Positions 1 to 11,300 of a stretch of 64,000 nt of DNA are shown piece by piece. Below the pieces are notes generated by a model that was not told the DNA's origin, ran no database searches, and saw only the letters and a program-made list of their open reading frames with translations. Position numbers and translations under genes: made by a program. Position 1 is the first letter of the stretch. Each line of letters opens with the position of its first letter. Source of the stretch: Halobacteriovoraceae bacterium (GTDB taxonomy: Bacteria; Bdellovibrionota; Bacteriovoracia; Bacteriovoracales; Bacteriovoracaceae); the NCBI GenBank assembly GCA_963719505.1, contig CAVRCF010000005.1:864001-928000 (forward strand), in the 5' to 3' direction.

Positions 1-287
1 TCAAAGGTGAAGGAAATTTGGTCCTTTTTCCCGATTCCGTCTCAACAAGAGGCCAAAAACATCTAAGAGAACTTACAATATTAAAGGAGCAAGGGTTTCG
101 CGCTTGTATGCTCTATATTGTCAATAGAGAGGATGGTGAAGTCTTTCAGCCAGCAAAAGAGATAGATCCAGAATACGCTCGCCTCTTAATAGAAGCTCAA
201 AAAGCTGGAGTTGAGATTCTCGTCTATAAGACAAATATTGATACTGATGGAATTACTCTAGGAAAAAAGCTAGAGTATAATCTATGA
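1..287 (+). CDS. sfsA: DNA/RNA nuclease SfsA (sugar fermentation stimulation protein), 5'-truncated by window edge
   Basis: Frame open from position 3; SfsA C-terminal motifs FPDSVSTRGQKHLREL and IDPEYARLL..A.KAGVE. Confidence 0.92.
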   Translation, partial: KGEGNLVLFPDSVSTRGQKHLRELTILKEQGFRACMLYIVNREDGEVFQPAKEIDPEYARLLIEAQKAGVEILVYKTNIDTDGITLGKKLEYNL

Positions 288-865
288 ATTTAGAAGAATT
301 TATAACATTCCACACATCTCTTTGTGAGGCTTCGGAAATTATCTTTTATGGTGGAAGCTTCAACCCTTGGCACGAAGGCCACTCAAGTTGTTTAAGACTA
401 GTACCATCAGATGTTCCGGTCGTTGTCATTCCCGACCACAATCCCTTCAAAAATTTAATTGATCACAATGATAAAGTTTCTTCCTTAGAAGATCTCAAAG
501 AAAAAGTCAGTTCATTTAAAAATAAGTCTTTCGTTTTTGACCAATTTGCAAAAGCCAATACTAAAAACCCTACTCATACTTGGTTCCTAGGTCTCGCTGA
601 CGCTTTCCCAAACAAGAAGCTCTCTTTGTTAATGGGGTTTGATACTTTTATAACAATTGATCGGTGGATAAATGCGGATGAGCTCCTTCAGAAAATCTCC
701 ACTCTTTACGTGGTCGATAGACTCAATGATGAGAGTCTAAAACGTGATCAAATCAACCGACTTGGTCATTACAAAAACCTTAAAGTTGTTTTTTTAGGAG
801 AGCATCCCTATGAAGATCTTTCGTCGACTTCAATAAGAAAAAATTTAAATCCTTCTCAGAAATAA
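284..865 (+). CDS. nadD: Nicotinate-nucleotide adenylyltransferase
   Basis: YGGSFNPWHEGH (GGSFxPxHxGH), LLMGFD and C-terminal LSSTSIR; start overlaps the sfsA end. Confidence 0.85.
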   Translation: MNLEEFITFHTSLCEASEIIFYGGSFNPWHEGHSSCLRLVPSDVPVVVIPDHNPFKNLIDHNDKVSSLEDLKEKVSSFKNKSFVFDQFAKANTKNPTHTWFLGLADAFPNKKLSLLMGFDTFITIDRWINADELLQKISTLYVVDRLNDESLKRDQINRLGHYKNLKVVFLGEHPYEDLSSTSIRKNLNPSQK

Positions 866-1957
866 AACTCCACGAGACCAAGAGAATTTATCAATTAGCT
901 CTTTTACATGGGCTGAATCTTGATTACTTGTGAGTTCAATTTCAATGTCAATATAACTATTATCGTAGTGGAGAATAAGCCTATCAAATTCAATTCCCAA
1001 AGACCGAAGCTTAGTTTCGATCTCAGTTCTCAAAGGAAGATAACACTTTCTCTCGTGGGTAAAATTCATTCCATTATCTCTATCATCTTTTATATCGATG
1101 TGAACGATGACATCCTTGATCTCTTCAAAGCCTGAAATAATCCTATTGGCAACCGTTGTAGCGATCTCGTGTCCCTCAGAAACAGATATGTCAGGTCGGA
1201 CTTGAATATTAACATCAAGAACTGCCACGGGTCCCATCTTCCTCGATCTAAGATTATGAAAGCTTTTCACGCCATCAATAAGTTTTATAAAGTCTTTTAT
1301 CTCTTCGATTCTCTCAAGATCAACAGCGGTATCGACAAGCTCCTTTATACTAGACCATAAAAAATCCCAGCCGACTTTTGAAATCATAAAACCAACGAGG
1401 ATAGAAACGATAGAGTCCATCCATGCAAACCCCATCCATGTAAGAAACAAACCCACAAGAACGGCTACTGAACTTAAAGCGTCACTCCTAGAATGCCAGG
1501 CATTAGCAATGATAAGATTTGAATTTACTTTTCTGCCGGTCTTTAGAGTAAATCGAAAGAGCCATTCATTTGCTAATACCGAGATAAAAGCAACGACAAT
1601 AGAGAGCATATTTGGAGCCCCCGTGTACTCCCCAATTAAAAGAGCAAGAATATTTTCATAACAAATAATTATTCCCACAGAGATCAAGACGCAGCCTAGG
1701 GCCGTAGTTCCTAGAGTTTCAAATCTTTCATGCCCATAGGGATGCTCTGCATCTGGCTTTTCTCTGGAAAATTTAGAGATAATCAAGACAAAAAAATCTG
1801 TCGCAACATCTGACAGAGAATGAATTCCATCAACAAATAAAGCATTGGATTGAAAAGCCGCACCGGAGATCATCTTTATAAGGCTTAAAAACGAATTAAC
1901 CCCAACGCTGATCCAGGTTACTTTATTGATTTCTTGTTTATGTGTAAGAGAGCTCAT
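845..1957 (-). CDS. Cation diffusion facilitator (CDF) family metal transporter
   Basis: DGIHSLSD, HPYGHERFE, ANAWHSRSD, six hydrophobic segments and cytoplasmic SVSEGHEIA domain. Confidence 0.93.
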   Translation of the reverse strand: MSSLTHKQEINKVTWISVGVNSFLSLIKMISGAAFQSNALFVDGIHSLSDVATDFFVLIISKFSREKPDAEHPYGHERFETLGTTALGCVLISVGIIICYENILALLIGEYTGAPNMLSIVVAFISVLANEWLFRFTLKTGRKVNSNLIIANAWHSRSDALSSVAVLVGLFLTWMGFAWMDSIVSILVGFMISKVGWDFLWSSIKELVDTAVDLERIEEIKDFIKLIDGVKSFHNLRSRKMGPVAVLDVNIQVRPDISVSEGHEIATTVANRIISGFEEIKDVIVHIDIKDDRDNGMNFTHERKCYLPLRTEIETKLRSLGIEFDRLILHYDNSYIDIEIELTSNQDSAHVKELIDKFSWSRGVLFLRRI

Positions 1958-1973
1958 TGAGATATTTTAACAC

Positions 1974-2003
1974 AAAAAAAAGCCCAAAGTATAACTTTGG
2001 GCT
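1974..2003 (-). terminator. Intrinsic terminator of the metalloprotease gene
   Basis: 10-bp inverted repeat agcccaaagt-ata-actttgggct (1981-2003), followed on the minus strand by a T run (plus-strand A run 1974-1980). Confidence 0.85.
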
Positions 2004-2029
2004 CTGTATCATTCAATAAAAATAACTTT

Positions 2030-5000
2030 TTAGTTGTTAACAGTATCCTGATGAGCTGGAAGGAGCTTCAATTGTGTTTTATAAAAAGCTAAAACCTCAT
2101 CCGATAATTTTCCATTAAGGAAATCAACTAACACTTCAAGGTCTTGAGCGTAAAGCTTCTTCACTTCTTCAGTTGCATCAGCTGGAGCTGTTGTCATAGC
2201 AGCAGTGTTTTGAGCTTTAATCTTTACGATCTCTTCTAATCTCACACCTTTACTCTCAATTGATGCAAGGTAAAGCTTATGAAGTGTAACACCTGCTTCC
2301 TCACCAAAAGTTCCAGTAAAGGCTTCAAGTGGAAGAGGCTCATCTTCAGCTTTAGCTAGATTAATAATGGCCATTTGGTACCCTTCTTCTGTATTCCAAA
2401 AGACTAGTTCCTCTTTAGTAAGATCGCTAGGAACCGCTAAAACTGTTCTCGCCTTTAAAACCTCAGCTATTACCTTTTTGTCAATCTTCTCTAGTTCAGT
2501 CTTAGTTTCTTGAATACCTGAAATAAAGTATGCAATAGAATTCTCTGGAGAAGAGACATAGTTGTTTCTTCCAACGACTATTGATCTCATATTCTCACTA
2601 AGGTTTAAGTTCTCGTATGTATTATGTCTCTGAACAGATACATAGTTATTTGCAAGATATGCAAGCTCTTCTGTTTCTGTATCAAAATCTAAATCCATAA
2701 CTGTCAGTTGAGAAAGAATAGCTTTCGTAAGGTTACCCTCTCCTTGGTTAGGAAGACCTAACTCTCTTTTGATCCAACCAAAGTATCTTTCTATCTCTTC
2801 AACTTTATAATCGTTTCCTAAAACATAAGGAGCGATAAATTTATTTCCGTTTTCCATTGTAAATGGAATTGGATTCGCAAGAGGCTTTCCTAAAACCATG
2901 TGTTTTACAACATTTTCTACTTTCGCCTTGATAGCCGGATGATCAATAAGCGCCATGTGATTTCTATCAGTAGCAGACTTGCTTGACGTTCTATTGTAAA
3001 GCATTCTCATCGCTAAAACTTTATCGATCCAAATTCCTCTTACAGCTCTATCTGAAGCATACTTGTATTCCGAATTCGTATCTTTAAATCCATTAAGGTA
3101 TTTACCATTTTCTCCAACAACGACCAAAGGTGCTGCAACAGATGATCCATCAGGTTTAGTCTCAGTGTTTGCAAGAAGGTGTTTCTTAACCTCTTCATCA
3201 AAACAAGAAGTAATCAAATGCTTGTCGATACTATACTTTACTGAGTCGTAGATACCTTGAAGCTTCTTAAATTCAACAATCTTCTTATCGTCATCTTTTT
3301 TAGCCACCGCACAGATTAAGTCAGGAGTCTTTAAGATCTCTATAAAGAAGTCTCCGGCCATAAGTAGAGCATCTCTTCTGTCATTGATATCTTTACAAAC
3401 TGCATTTTGAGCTGTTTGAGCTGGTGAGCAACCATTTTCCATAATTTCTTTTGGAAAAAATTGAGCATAGACTTCATAATCTTCAATTAGATCTCTAACA
3501 AAAGCAAACTCACTATATCTAGACTGCACATAACTTGGAAGCCCATAAGTGTTAAAAGTATTCTTTCCGTCTCTAAAGTTTCTGTACTTATACCAAGTTT
3601 TATATCTTTCAATCTTGTGTTTTGTGATCTCTACCAAAGTCGATCCTTCGTCAAACCTATTACAGATTGAAGAGAGTCCAGCATTCTCGTCAGTACAAAA
3701 TTTAAAGTCAGCAATCTTTTTATCTGCTTCAAAAAGAAGAGAAACTAACATCGGTCTTATTTCAGCGTTAGCTGGATTATCAACATTTTCTTTTATTAAC
3801 TGATAAGCCTTATCAAAATCTGTTTCTTTCACACCTATTTGAGCTACTGCTTCTAGGAAACCTTTCTCAATTGAAGCGTTGTGACTCTTTTTAAAGTCAT
3901 CAAGAAGAATATTTCCAGGAACCTTAATTCCCATACCATTTTTTGCTTGCATCTCACCAGAGTAAGAATACTGAAGAGCTGCAACATCATACTTACCGAA
4001 TGAAGCTAGTTCGTTGTACTCAGAGAATCCGTAATCCATAATTGATGAATAAGCCGCTGCCTTAGCATTCTCAATCCCAAGGATTGAAGAAGTTTCAGCG
4101 TCTGTATAGAAGTTCTCTGAATCTGTAGAACCGGCAAAGTTGTGTCTTAGTCCTAAACTATGTCCCATTTCATGAACAAAAGTTGTTGTATAACGATGAA
4201 CCATTATGACTTCTTTTACTTTCTCTTTTTGAAGATCATTAAGCTCAATCCATCTTTTTAAAATCTTTGTTTTTGAATCAATAATTCCAGGAATTGTTAA
4301 AAGTTCTGGAAAGACAACCTTAGTTGTTCCTGCAATTGGAAAGAATTCAGGGGCATGTGTCGCGTGAAAAGCAAGACCAAGCTCTTTTCCTTCCGCTATT
4401 TTCGCTCTTTTTTCTAACTCATTTTTAATTCCAAGCTCACCTGACATCAATTGATCAAATTCTCTTTTAAAATTTTTCTTTAATTTAGACTGTGCTTTTA
4501 ACTCTGACCTTAGCGCTGAAACGGAAGAACCATCAAGATGAGAAGTATCATCTGAATGTCCCGTTACTAATAGGTCTTGTCCAACAAAAGAAGATGAAAG
4601 AACAGATGATTCATGGTTGCGTGCAGTGCTTGCAACATTATCACTACCAAGAGCACTTGGAAGAGTATCGCTTGCCAATGCACTTGCAGCAACTTTTATT
4701 CCAGAATCAATTTTTGAGCCATCTTTCTTTTGAAGCTCCATGATATCGACAGCACCTTCATAAACCCAACGAGTCCCAGAAGTTAAAACCCCACCATACA
4801 TATTGATATGACTTTGTACTATTTCTCCAGTTTCAGGGTTTTTTACTGATGGTGCATAACCAAGAAGACCATTTGCTAGAGGATCATCAATGAGAACAAT
4901 CGAGTTGTACCGTAGATCTCCTGGAGATTTTTCATTTTCTTTTGTTTGTTTAATAAAATTTAGTCTGAATTTAGCCCCTGCACGAGCAAGGTTTTTATTC

Positions 5001-5998
5001 ATAACATCCATAGACTTCATTGTTGCATCAAGAATAGCCGCATTCGAAGGCTTAGAATAAGAAGCACTTAAGTAGTAATCAAGTACAGTTTTATTTGGAT
5101 TCCATCTGTTTGCAAGATAGATCATTTTCTCTCTTTGACTATCAAAGACAGCGTTAAGTTGTTTTTTCTCTTCTTTAAATAAACCATATACATCATGATC
5201 TTGAAGTGGGTAGTTTAAAGCTTTGTAATCTTTTGACGCAAGAGTATCTAGAGCAACTAAAGAGTAGAAAAATCTTACTTTGAATGAGTTGTATGAAAAT
5301 TTATCGTTATAGTAATTATCTCTAATACACTCCCAAGACTTATTTAACTTATATGTTTTTTCTAGTTCAATATTAAGAACTTCATCTTTTTTAACTTCGT
5401 AATTAACTAAACGCACGCCATTTGGGATAACACACTCGTTACCTTCAATATTAACAAGATCTAAGAAGTTTACCTCTTTTACGTTAAGTTCTGCATAGTC
5501 AGGTTTAAAGTAGTTTTTTTGATTCCACGTTACGTCCTCATTTTCCTCTTCTTCATTTGAACAATCTCCATTGGCATCTTCTTTACATTGAAATGCTAAA
5601 TGATCACCCGGAATAGTGAGGACAGGAGTGTTATTGAGAGCGTTTTCAGCAAATCGACCATCCTTTTCAACTTCAAGAACTTCAAGACCATCTTTACTAA
5701 ATTGCATTCTAACTAGCTTTGTATCACCTTGGTAAAATGGATTCGCCTCTGCAACTTCTCTAGGAGTTCCCAATGTCATTGGAACGTATAAGTATTTTTT
5801 CGACATTCCTTTTATCGCTTCACCCTTGGACTCATTAGCAAAAGCTTGAGACTCAGCTCTGTTTTCGCTAAATGGAGTAAAGAAAGATCCCTTTGTTTGG
5901 ACCTCTACCTCTTTGTGCACTTCCTCATAGTCTGCTTTTTTAGCACACCCGACGATGAGTACAGCTGTTAAGATAAATGGTGATAGTTTAAAAATCAT
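2030..5998 (-). CDS. Large zinc-dependent metalloprotease lipoprotein (metzincin-like), 1322 aa
   Basis: HEMGHSLGLRH zinc motif (about 4142-4174), SSIMDY Met-turn, PGDLRYN motif. Start moved to ATG 5998 because CAGGAG lies upstream and the protein then begins with a lipobox signal (MIFKLSPFILTAVLIVG-C). Confidence 0.85.
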   Translation of the reverse strand: MIFKLSPFILTAVLIVGCAKKADYEEVHKEVEVQTKGSFFTPFSENRAESQAFANESKGEAIKGMSKKYLYVPMTLGTPREVAEANPFYQGDTKLVRMQFSKDGLEVLEVEKDGRFAENALNNTPVLTIPGDHLAFQCKEDANGDCSNEEEENEDVTWNQKNYFKPDYAELNVKEVNFLDLVNIEGNECVIPNGVRLVNYEVKKDEVLNIELEKTYKLNKSWECIRDNYYNDKFSYNSFKVRFFYSLVALDTLASKDYKALNYPLQDHDVYGLFKEEKKQLNAVFDSQREKMIYLANRWNPNKTVLDYYLSASYSKPSNAAILDATMKSMDVMNKNLARAGAKFRLNFIKQTKENEKSPGDLRYNSIVLIDDPLANGLLGYAPSVKNPETGEIVQSHINMYGGVLTSGTRWVYEGAVDIMELQKKDGSKIDSGIKVAASALASDTLPSALGSDNVASTARNHESSVLSSSFVGQDLLVTGHSDDTSHLDGSSVSALRSELKAQSKLKKNFKREFDQLMSGELGIKNELEKRAKIAEGKELGLAFHATHAPEFFPIAGTTKVVFPELLTIPGIIDSKTKILKRWIELNDLQKEKVKEVIMVHRYTTTFVHEMGHSLGLRHNFAGSTDSENFYTDAETSSILGIENAKAAAYSSIMDYGFSEYNELASFGKYDVAALQYSYSGEMQAKNGMGIKVPGNILLDDFKKSHNASIEKGFLEAVAQIGVKETDFDKAYQLIKENVDNPANAEIRPMLVSLLFEADKKIADFKFCTDENAGLSSICNRFDEGSTLVEITKHKIERYKTWYKYRNFRDGKNTFNTYGLPSYVQSRYSEFAFVRDLIEDYEVYAQFFPKEIMENGCSPAQTAQNAVCKDINDRRDALLMAGDFFIEILKTPDLICAVAKKDDDKKIVEFKKLQGIYDSVKYSIDKHLITSCFDEEVKKHLLANTETKPDGSSVAAPLVVVGENGKYLNGFKDTNSEYKYASDRAVRGIWIDKVLAMRMLYNRTSSKSATDRNHMALIDHPAIKAKVENVVKHMVLGKPLANPIPFTMENGNKFIAPYVLGNDYKVEEIERYFGWIKRELGLPNQGEGNLTKAILSQLTVMDLDFDTETEELAYLANNYVSVQRHNTYENLNLSENMRSIVVGRNNYVSSPENSIAYFISGIQETKTELEKIDKKVIAEVLKARTVLAVPSDLTKEELVFWNTEEGYQMAIINLAKAEDEPLPLEAFTGTFGEEAGVTLHKLYLASIESKGVRLEEIVKIKAQNTAAMTTAPADATEEVKKLYAQDLEVLVDFLNGKLSDEVLAFYKTQLKLLPAHQDTVNN

Positions 5999-6017
5999 TT
6001 TTTTCTCCTGAGAAAAA

Positions 6018-6890
6018 TTAGAATCTAAGGTTAAACCCTGCGTAAAATTGTGTTGTATCTGCATCAAATATTTTAATATTTTCATCTTGTCCCCTTTCTA
6101 AAGCTCTTACCTGACCACCTGTCTCAATACCGAGACTAGCTGAATAAGTGCCATTAAATGTGTAAGTAATGTCTTGTGCCGTTAGGTATGAAGGATCATT
6201 ATTGCTTCCGACATATGTTCTAGAAGTAATATAAACAAGAGTTGAAGAGAGTGAAATCTTCTCATTAATACTATAAGCTCCAACAAGAATATTGAGCATG
6301 CTGTATTCTGTTAGGTTTGCTCCATTAATATCAGTTTCAAACTTGTTAAAGTTTTTTCTTACTCTTGGTATGTAGATAAGAGTTAGCCCTGGAAGATAAG
6401 CCTCCATATTAAAAATTAAAGTTGGACTAATCTCAAAAGCAGTTGTTAAACGGTTTCTTTTTATTGATCTTTCGCTCACCGGTATAACTCCAATTAACCC
6501 CAAGTTAACTGTCATATTGCCAGCTTTGTAGATACCCGCTCTGGTGTAAGTTAATCTAGAATCTAAAAAAGATTCTTCATAGTCATTTTCCAAGTCTTTA
6601 AACATTGTGTTGTTGAGAAAAACTGAATCGACACTGCTAAAACGGTAGCCAACTCCAAGGTTTAGTTGAGAACCAACATATTTGGTCTCATCACTAGTCT
6701 CTTTAAAGTCTGACCTTCCCATAGCTCCAATAGTAGAACTAAAATTATTAAGAATAGATTTTTCTTTATTTGAATCGACAGAAGTTTCCGAAGTTGCCTC
6801 AGTAACACCTAAAAGATTTGCTTGAGAGTATGCAAGTGGGCTAGCTAAAAAAGCCGCTAGAGATAAAAGAATAATAAACAAACCGTGCAT
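6018..6890 (-). CDS. Hypothetical exported protein, probable outer-membrane beta-barrel
   Basis: ATG 6890 with AGGGAG RBS, signal peptide, amphipathic strand pattern and C-terminal FYAGFNLRF ending in Phe; 19 bp upstream of the protease start. Confidence 0.6.
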   Translation of the reverse strand: MHGLFIILLSLAAFLASPLAYSQANLLGVTEATSETSVDSNKEKSILNNFSSTIGAMGRSDFKETSDETKYVGSQLNLGVGYRFSSVDSVFLNNTMFKDLENDYEESFLDSRLTYTRAGIYKAGNMTVNLGLIGVIPVSERSIKRNRLTTAFEISPTLIFNMEAYLPGLTLIYIPRVRKNFNKFETDINGANLTEYSMLNILVGAYSINEKISLSSTLVYITSRTYVGSNNDPSYLTAQDITYTFNGTYSASLGIETGGQVRALERGQDENIKIFDADTTQFYAGFNLRF

Positions 6891-6948
6891 ACAACTCCCT
6901 AAAGTTATGGTTTCGTTCAAAATTCCTTTTCTGAATTATGGTATAAGT

Positions 6949-6964
6949 TGCAAAATGAATGCCA
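6949..6964 (-). promoter_or_regulatory. Sigma-54 (RpoN) -24/-12 promoter
   Basis: Minus strand TGGCATTCATTTTGCA = GG-N10-GC, 58 bp upstream of ATG 6890. Confidence 0.75.
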
Positions 6965-7128
6965 CGGGATATCGAGGTAAGTGTCTGAAAAGACGATGGC
7001 ATTTTGTCACTATTTTGAGGAGTGTAAAGACTTTAAGCACCTCGCAGTGCATCAAAAGGCTTTCTTGGCCCTAAATTGGCCTGTCATAAAAATTCATCTA
7101 TAATATTGAAAACGGGGAATATACGACC

Positions 7129-7731
7129 ATGGAAATAACTCACAAAAATCAAACAGCTCTCATTATCGCATCTTTTATCTTTTTTAATCTCCTCTACCTT
7201 TTAAGTGCGCACATAAATTTTGGTAATATAAGACTCCTCCCTTTATATTCATTTGAAGAAAATATGAGAATGAGCACTCTTTTTATTTGGCCCTACCTTC
7301 TAATCCAATCTTTTAGCTTTGCTATGATCAAAAGAGTGACAAATATGACTTTGGTAAAGAGATGGATTTTTTCCACTTTAAGTTTTAGTATCTTCTGTTT
7401 TGTGATCTATGAGATCTACCCTGTTTCGACCCATCCGTTTAGTACTATCGCGCTTCTTACCGGTGGACCTGGAGATAAAATTCTTCATAATTTTAAAATT
7501 ATCAGTACGACTCTAAATTCTTTTCCAGCTTTATTTGTAGGAATAAGCTTCATTACAAGTTTTGTTGTTTTTTCATCAGATAAGTTTCGTGGAGTCTTGA
7601 CCTTTTTGATCACGATAGGATTTTGCTACGCTGGACTAAAAATAAAGTTTTTATATTTTTCTGCAATCATTGCCAGCTTAATTCTTGCAATTTTAATCTT
7701 TTTGACGAGTAAGCTTATTTCGAAAGATTAA
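7129..7731 (+). CDS. Membrane protein, PAP2/Aur1-like fold, catalytic motif degenerate
   Basis: About six TM segments; NSFPALFV aligns with the N.FPSLH motif of PAP2-type membrane enzymes but lacks the His. Confidence 0.5.
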   Translation: MEITHKNQTALIIASFIFFNLLYLLSAHINFGNIRLLPLYSFEENMRMSTLFIWPYLLIQSFSFAMIKRVTNMTLVKRWIFSTLSFSIFCFVIYEIYPVSTHPFSTIALLTGGPGDKILHNFKIISTTLNSFPALFVGISFITSFVVFSSDKFRGVLTFLITIGFCYAGLKIKFLYFSAIIASLILAILIFLTSKLISKD

Positions 7732-8320
7732 TATCATTCACCACCGCTCTCACCAGTCGAAGGATATGATTTTTCATTTTTGGTGCATCAACACCTGTAT
7801 TGGCACAGATTGAATTCTCATGATTACACATTAACACTGCACTATGAATAACCTGAGTCATAATTGATCTTGTCGCCCAAAAAAGATCATCTTCGCTAGC
7901 GCTAGGACATTGCTCTTTTAAACAGTTCATGACAATAGCTCCCCCAGGAGGCCCTACAATTTTATCATCTTTATGGGTAATCAAAGGAGCATCAGTCTTA
8001 TTCAAAAAAAGTTTAAAACTTGTAATCAGATCTTCTCTATTGTCAAGAAGATGATCGTAATGAACACTCACAAGTTGCTCTATAGTCATCCCAACTTTGT
8101 ACAAACTATTAATCTCACGATTCATTTTCATCATACAAGCACTGACAGTTTCTAGATGAAGGGCCTCTTTGCTGCCAAAATGATAGTTTATAGCCGCGAC
8201 ATTGACATCAGCAAGTTTTGCTATCTCTCTAACGCCTACAGCATCTGGTCCTTTTTCAGCAAAGAGCTTATGTGCAACTTTTAAAATTTTTTCTTTAGTC
8301 GAAATTTCTTCAGCTGTCAT
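7715..8320 (-). CDS. TetR/AcrR family transcriptional regulator
   Basis: N-terminal HTH KILKVAHKLFAEKG...VREIAKLADVNVAAINYHFGSKE. Confidence 0.93.
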   Translation of the reverse strand: MTAEEISTKEKILKVAHKLFAEKGPDAVGVREIAKLADVNVAAINYHFGSKEALHLETVSACMMKMNREINSLYKVGMTIEQLVSVHYDHLLDNREDLITSFKLFLNKTDAPLITHKDDKIVGPPGGAIVMNCLKEQCPSASEDDLFWATRSIMTQVIHSAVLMCNHENSICANTGVDAPKMKNHILRLVRAVVNDINLSK

Positions 8321-11300
8321 ACCGTTTCCAATTCACTCTTGTCTGCAAAGCGATTAAGAAAAGGAAGCTTCGCTAAGAATGCGTTATAATCTTCCAGTAT
8401 AGCATAGGCACACGGTACCCACACCAGAGTCAAAATCGTCCCACTAGTAAGTCCCCACGCCATAGCGAGCGTCATTGGAACGAGCATTGAATCACTTCCT
8501 CCAATACCATACGCAGTAGGCAGAAGACCTGAAATGGTGGTTAAACTAGTAACAAGAACAGCTCGAAGTCTCATTCCGGAAGCCTTAACTAAGATGTCCT
8601 TTAGCTCCAGTTTTCCCTCTTTTTTCAATTCATCGATAAAAGAGATAAGAACGATTCCAGAGTTAACAATAATTCCAGCAAGTCCAATGACACCAATCAT
8701 GGCAAGAAAGGAGATCGCTTTATCATGAAAAAAGAAAGCAATTGAGAAACCTATCAATCCAAGTGGAATCGTCGACATGATAATCATTGGTCGAAGGTAA
8801 GACTTAAACAAGAAAACAAGAAGTCCGAAGATCCCCATTAAAGCTAAAATGAGAGCCTGGCCTAAACTTTCCATTGATTCTTTCGTGCTTTCAGATTCAC
8901 CACCAAAAACAAGAGAAACATCATTATATTTAGGTAGAAGTTCATCGTATATTTTCTGCAACCTAGCATTCGCATCAACTGAAGTCATAGCGCCTTTAAC
9001 TTTACCTGTTAAAGTTTTAGACTTCTTATAGTCAAATCTTTTAATCTCTACTGAACCATCAGTAATTTTCGTTTGTGCAAGAGTTTTAACAGGAACAAGA
9101 TTTCCCTGAGAGTCCATAACATTAATATTATCAAGGTTCTTAACAGACTTTCGAATATTATCTGAGTAGCGGACGTTTAAGTCGACCTCTTTATCCTTGA
9201 GAATGACCTTAGAAACCATCGTTCCAGAAAGAGCAGTTCTAATGGCATTTCCAATTGAATTCACACTCAGGCCAAGCTGATCAGTTTTATCGTAATCGAT
9301 AAGAACTTTTATCTCCTCTTCTCCTAAAATATCATTTGTTTCAAGGTCGTAAATCCCGTCAACCTTTGACATCTGTGCGATAATCTCATTAACCATTGCA
9401 TCTAAATTCTCATCATTATTAGATCTGAAAGTTGCATTAATGGCAGCCCCTACAGGAGGACCGTTGACAAGTTCCTCAAATTTAAGTTTCGTCGCAACAT
9501 CACTTTCTACCTTCTGCATCTTGGCGACAAAGTCTTTGTAAAAAACATTGTATTTAGCATAATTTGAAGCATAAGCGATAATCAGCCCATGGTTTTCACC
9601 AGTTGCACCTTGCTGATCATTAGGTCCCATCGAAGATGTTCCCGACCGCGCTGTCACCCACTTAGACCAATCTCCAAGTTCTTTTTTCAATTCAATAGAG
9701 ATTCGATCAAGCTCTTTAATAGTCTCATCTGCTGTAGTCCCTCTAGGCATCTCTACCCTACCAATATAAACCTCTGTTTGTTCTGGTGGGAAAAGCATAA
9801 ATTTATTTCCAACAACCATCAAAGCGAGGGCACCAAAAATTGAGATGAAGAAAAAGGCTGAAACGATATATCGTCTTCTTACGCAAATATCCATAAAGAC
9901 TTCAAATTTATCGATAAACTTTTGAAACCAATCGACTTTCTTCTCTGCTTTTTCTTCGCCTTTTTTCTTATCTCCCCCAACAAATCTTAATCTCATGGGA
10001 AGGAGAAAAAATCCTTCCGTTAAACTTACAACTAAAGAGATAGTCACAACAACAGGAATGAAACGAATGAACTGTCCCATGATCCCTTTTGTGACAAGCA
10101 TTGGTAAGAAGGCTGCAATTGTGGTGAAAGCTGTAGCTGTAATTGGCAACCATAATTGTTCAGCAGATTTTTTAGCTGCTTCATATGAGTCCAATCCTTC
10201 ATCATCCTTTAACCTCGCAAAGTTTTCAGAGATAACTACAGCATTATCGACCATCATACCAAGTGCTATAACCAAAGCCAAAATAGTGATCGCATCTAGA
10301 TTCATTCCAAAGACAGGCATAAATCCAATCGTCGCCATTACAGCTAAAGGAAGTGACAATGAAGCCATTAATCCAACCTTTCCAGGTAAGAACAAGAACA
10401 GAAAAACGACAACGAGAACCAATCCGCTGATCGCATTGGATTGAAGAATATCTAGCTTATTTTTTACTTTCTCCGCTTCGTTATTATAAATATTTATTTC
10501 AAAATCTTTTCCATACTGCTTTTCAAATTTTTTGATGATCATATTCACATCATCAACAAGTTTTAGAGTATCCGCTCCAGCTTTTTTATTAACAACAAGA
10601 AAGGTTGCATCCTTACCATTATAAGAGGCACGAAACTTTGCATCCTCTTCTCCATCTTCTACTGTGGCGATATCACTCAATAAAACCTTCTGACCGTTAA
10701 AATTGGATCTTACGGTTATATTGTTTAAATCTTTTACCGTCTTAATTTTTCCTTCAACTCTAACCAAAGACTTGATACCATTTTTTTCTAAATTTCCTCC
10801 TGGGATATCGACGTTTCTCATGCGTATCTTACTGGTAACTTCTTCGAGACCAATATGGAGGGCGTTCATCTTGTCTTCATCCAGACGAATATTAAACTGT
10901 CGCTTTAAGAAACCTACGGGTCTAACATTTAAGATTCTCTTGTTGTCTTCCAGTTCTTCTTTTAAAAGATCAACCATCAAGTCACGTTTTCTGTCTGTGT
11001 TATCTCCAACAATTGCAAGTTCGATCGCCGGAAATTCCTCCGAGTTAACTTCTTTATAAGTTGGCTCTTCTCTAAGGTCTGCGGGAAGATCATTAACACT
11101 ATTGACAGCTTTTTCCAGGTCATCAAGTACTGCATCTTCATCTTCATTATCCATATCGACTCTGACAAAAATGGAAGAAAACCCTGACTTTGATGTACTT
11201 CTAACATCTTTTAAGCCTGACACTTCTCGAATCTTGTCCTCAATAGGCTTAGTGATAAGAGTTTCGACATCCTTTGCAGTTGCACCTTCATAACGAGTTT

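Noticed and set aside
5999-6085. ORF-track start of the metalloprotease at 6085
   Set aside because: It overlaps the upstream gene and buries the lipoprotein signal; ATG 5998 has the RBS. Starts were trimmed for the same reasons at 6890, 19323, 34115, 47735, 49431, 53439, 53520 and 62030.
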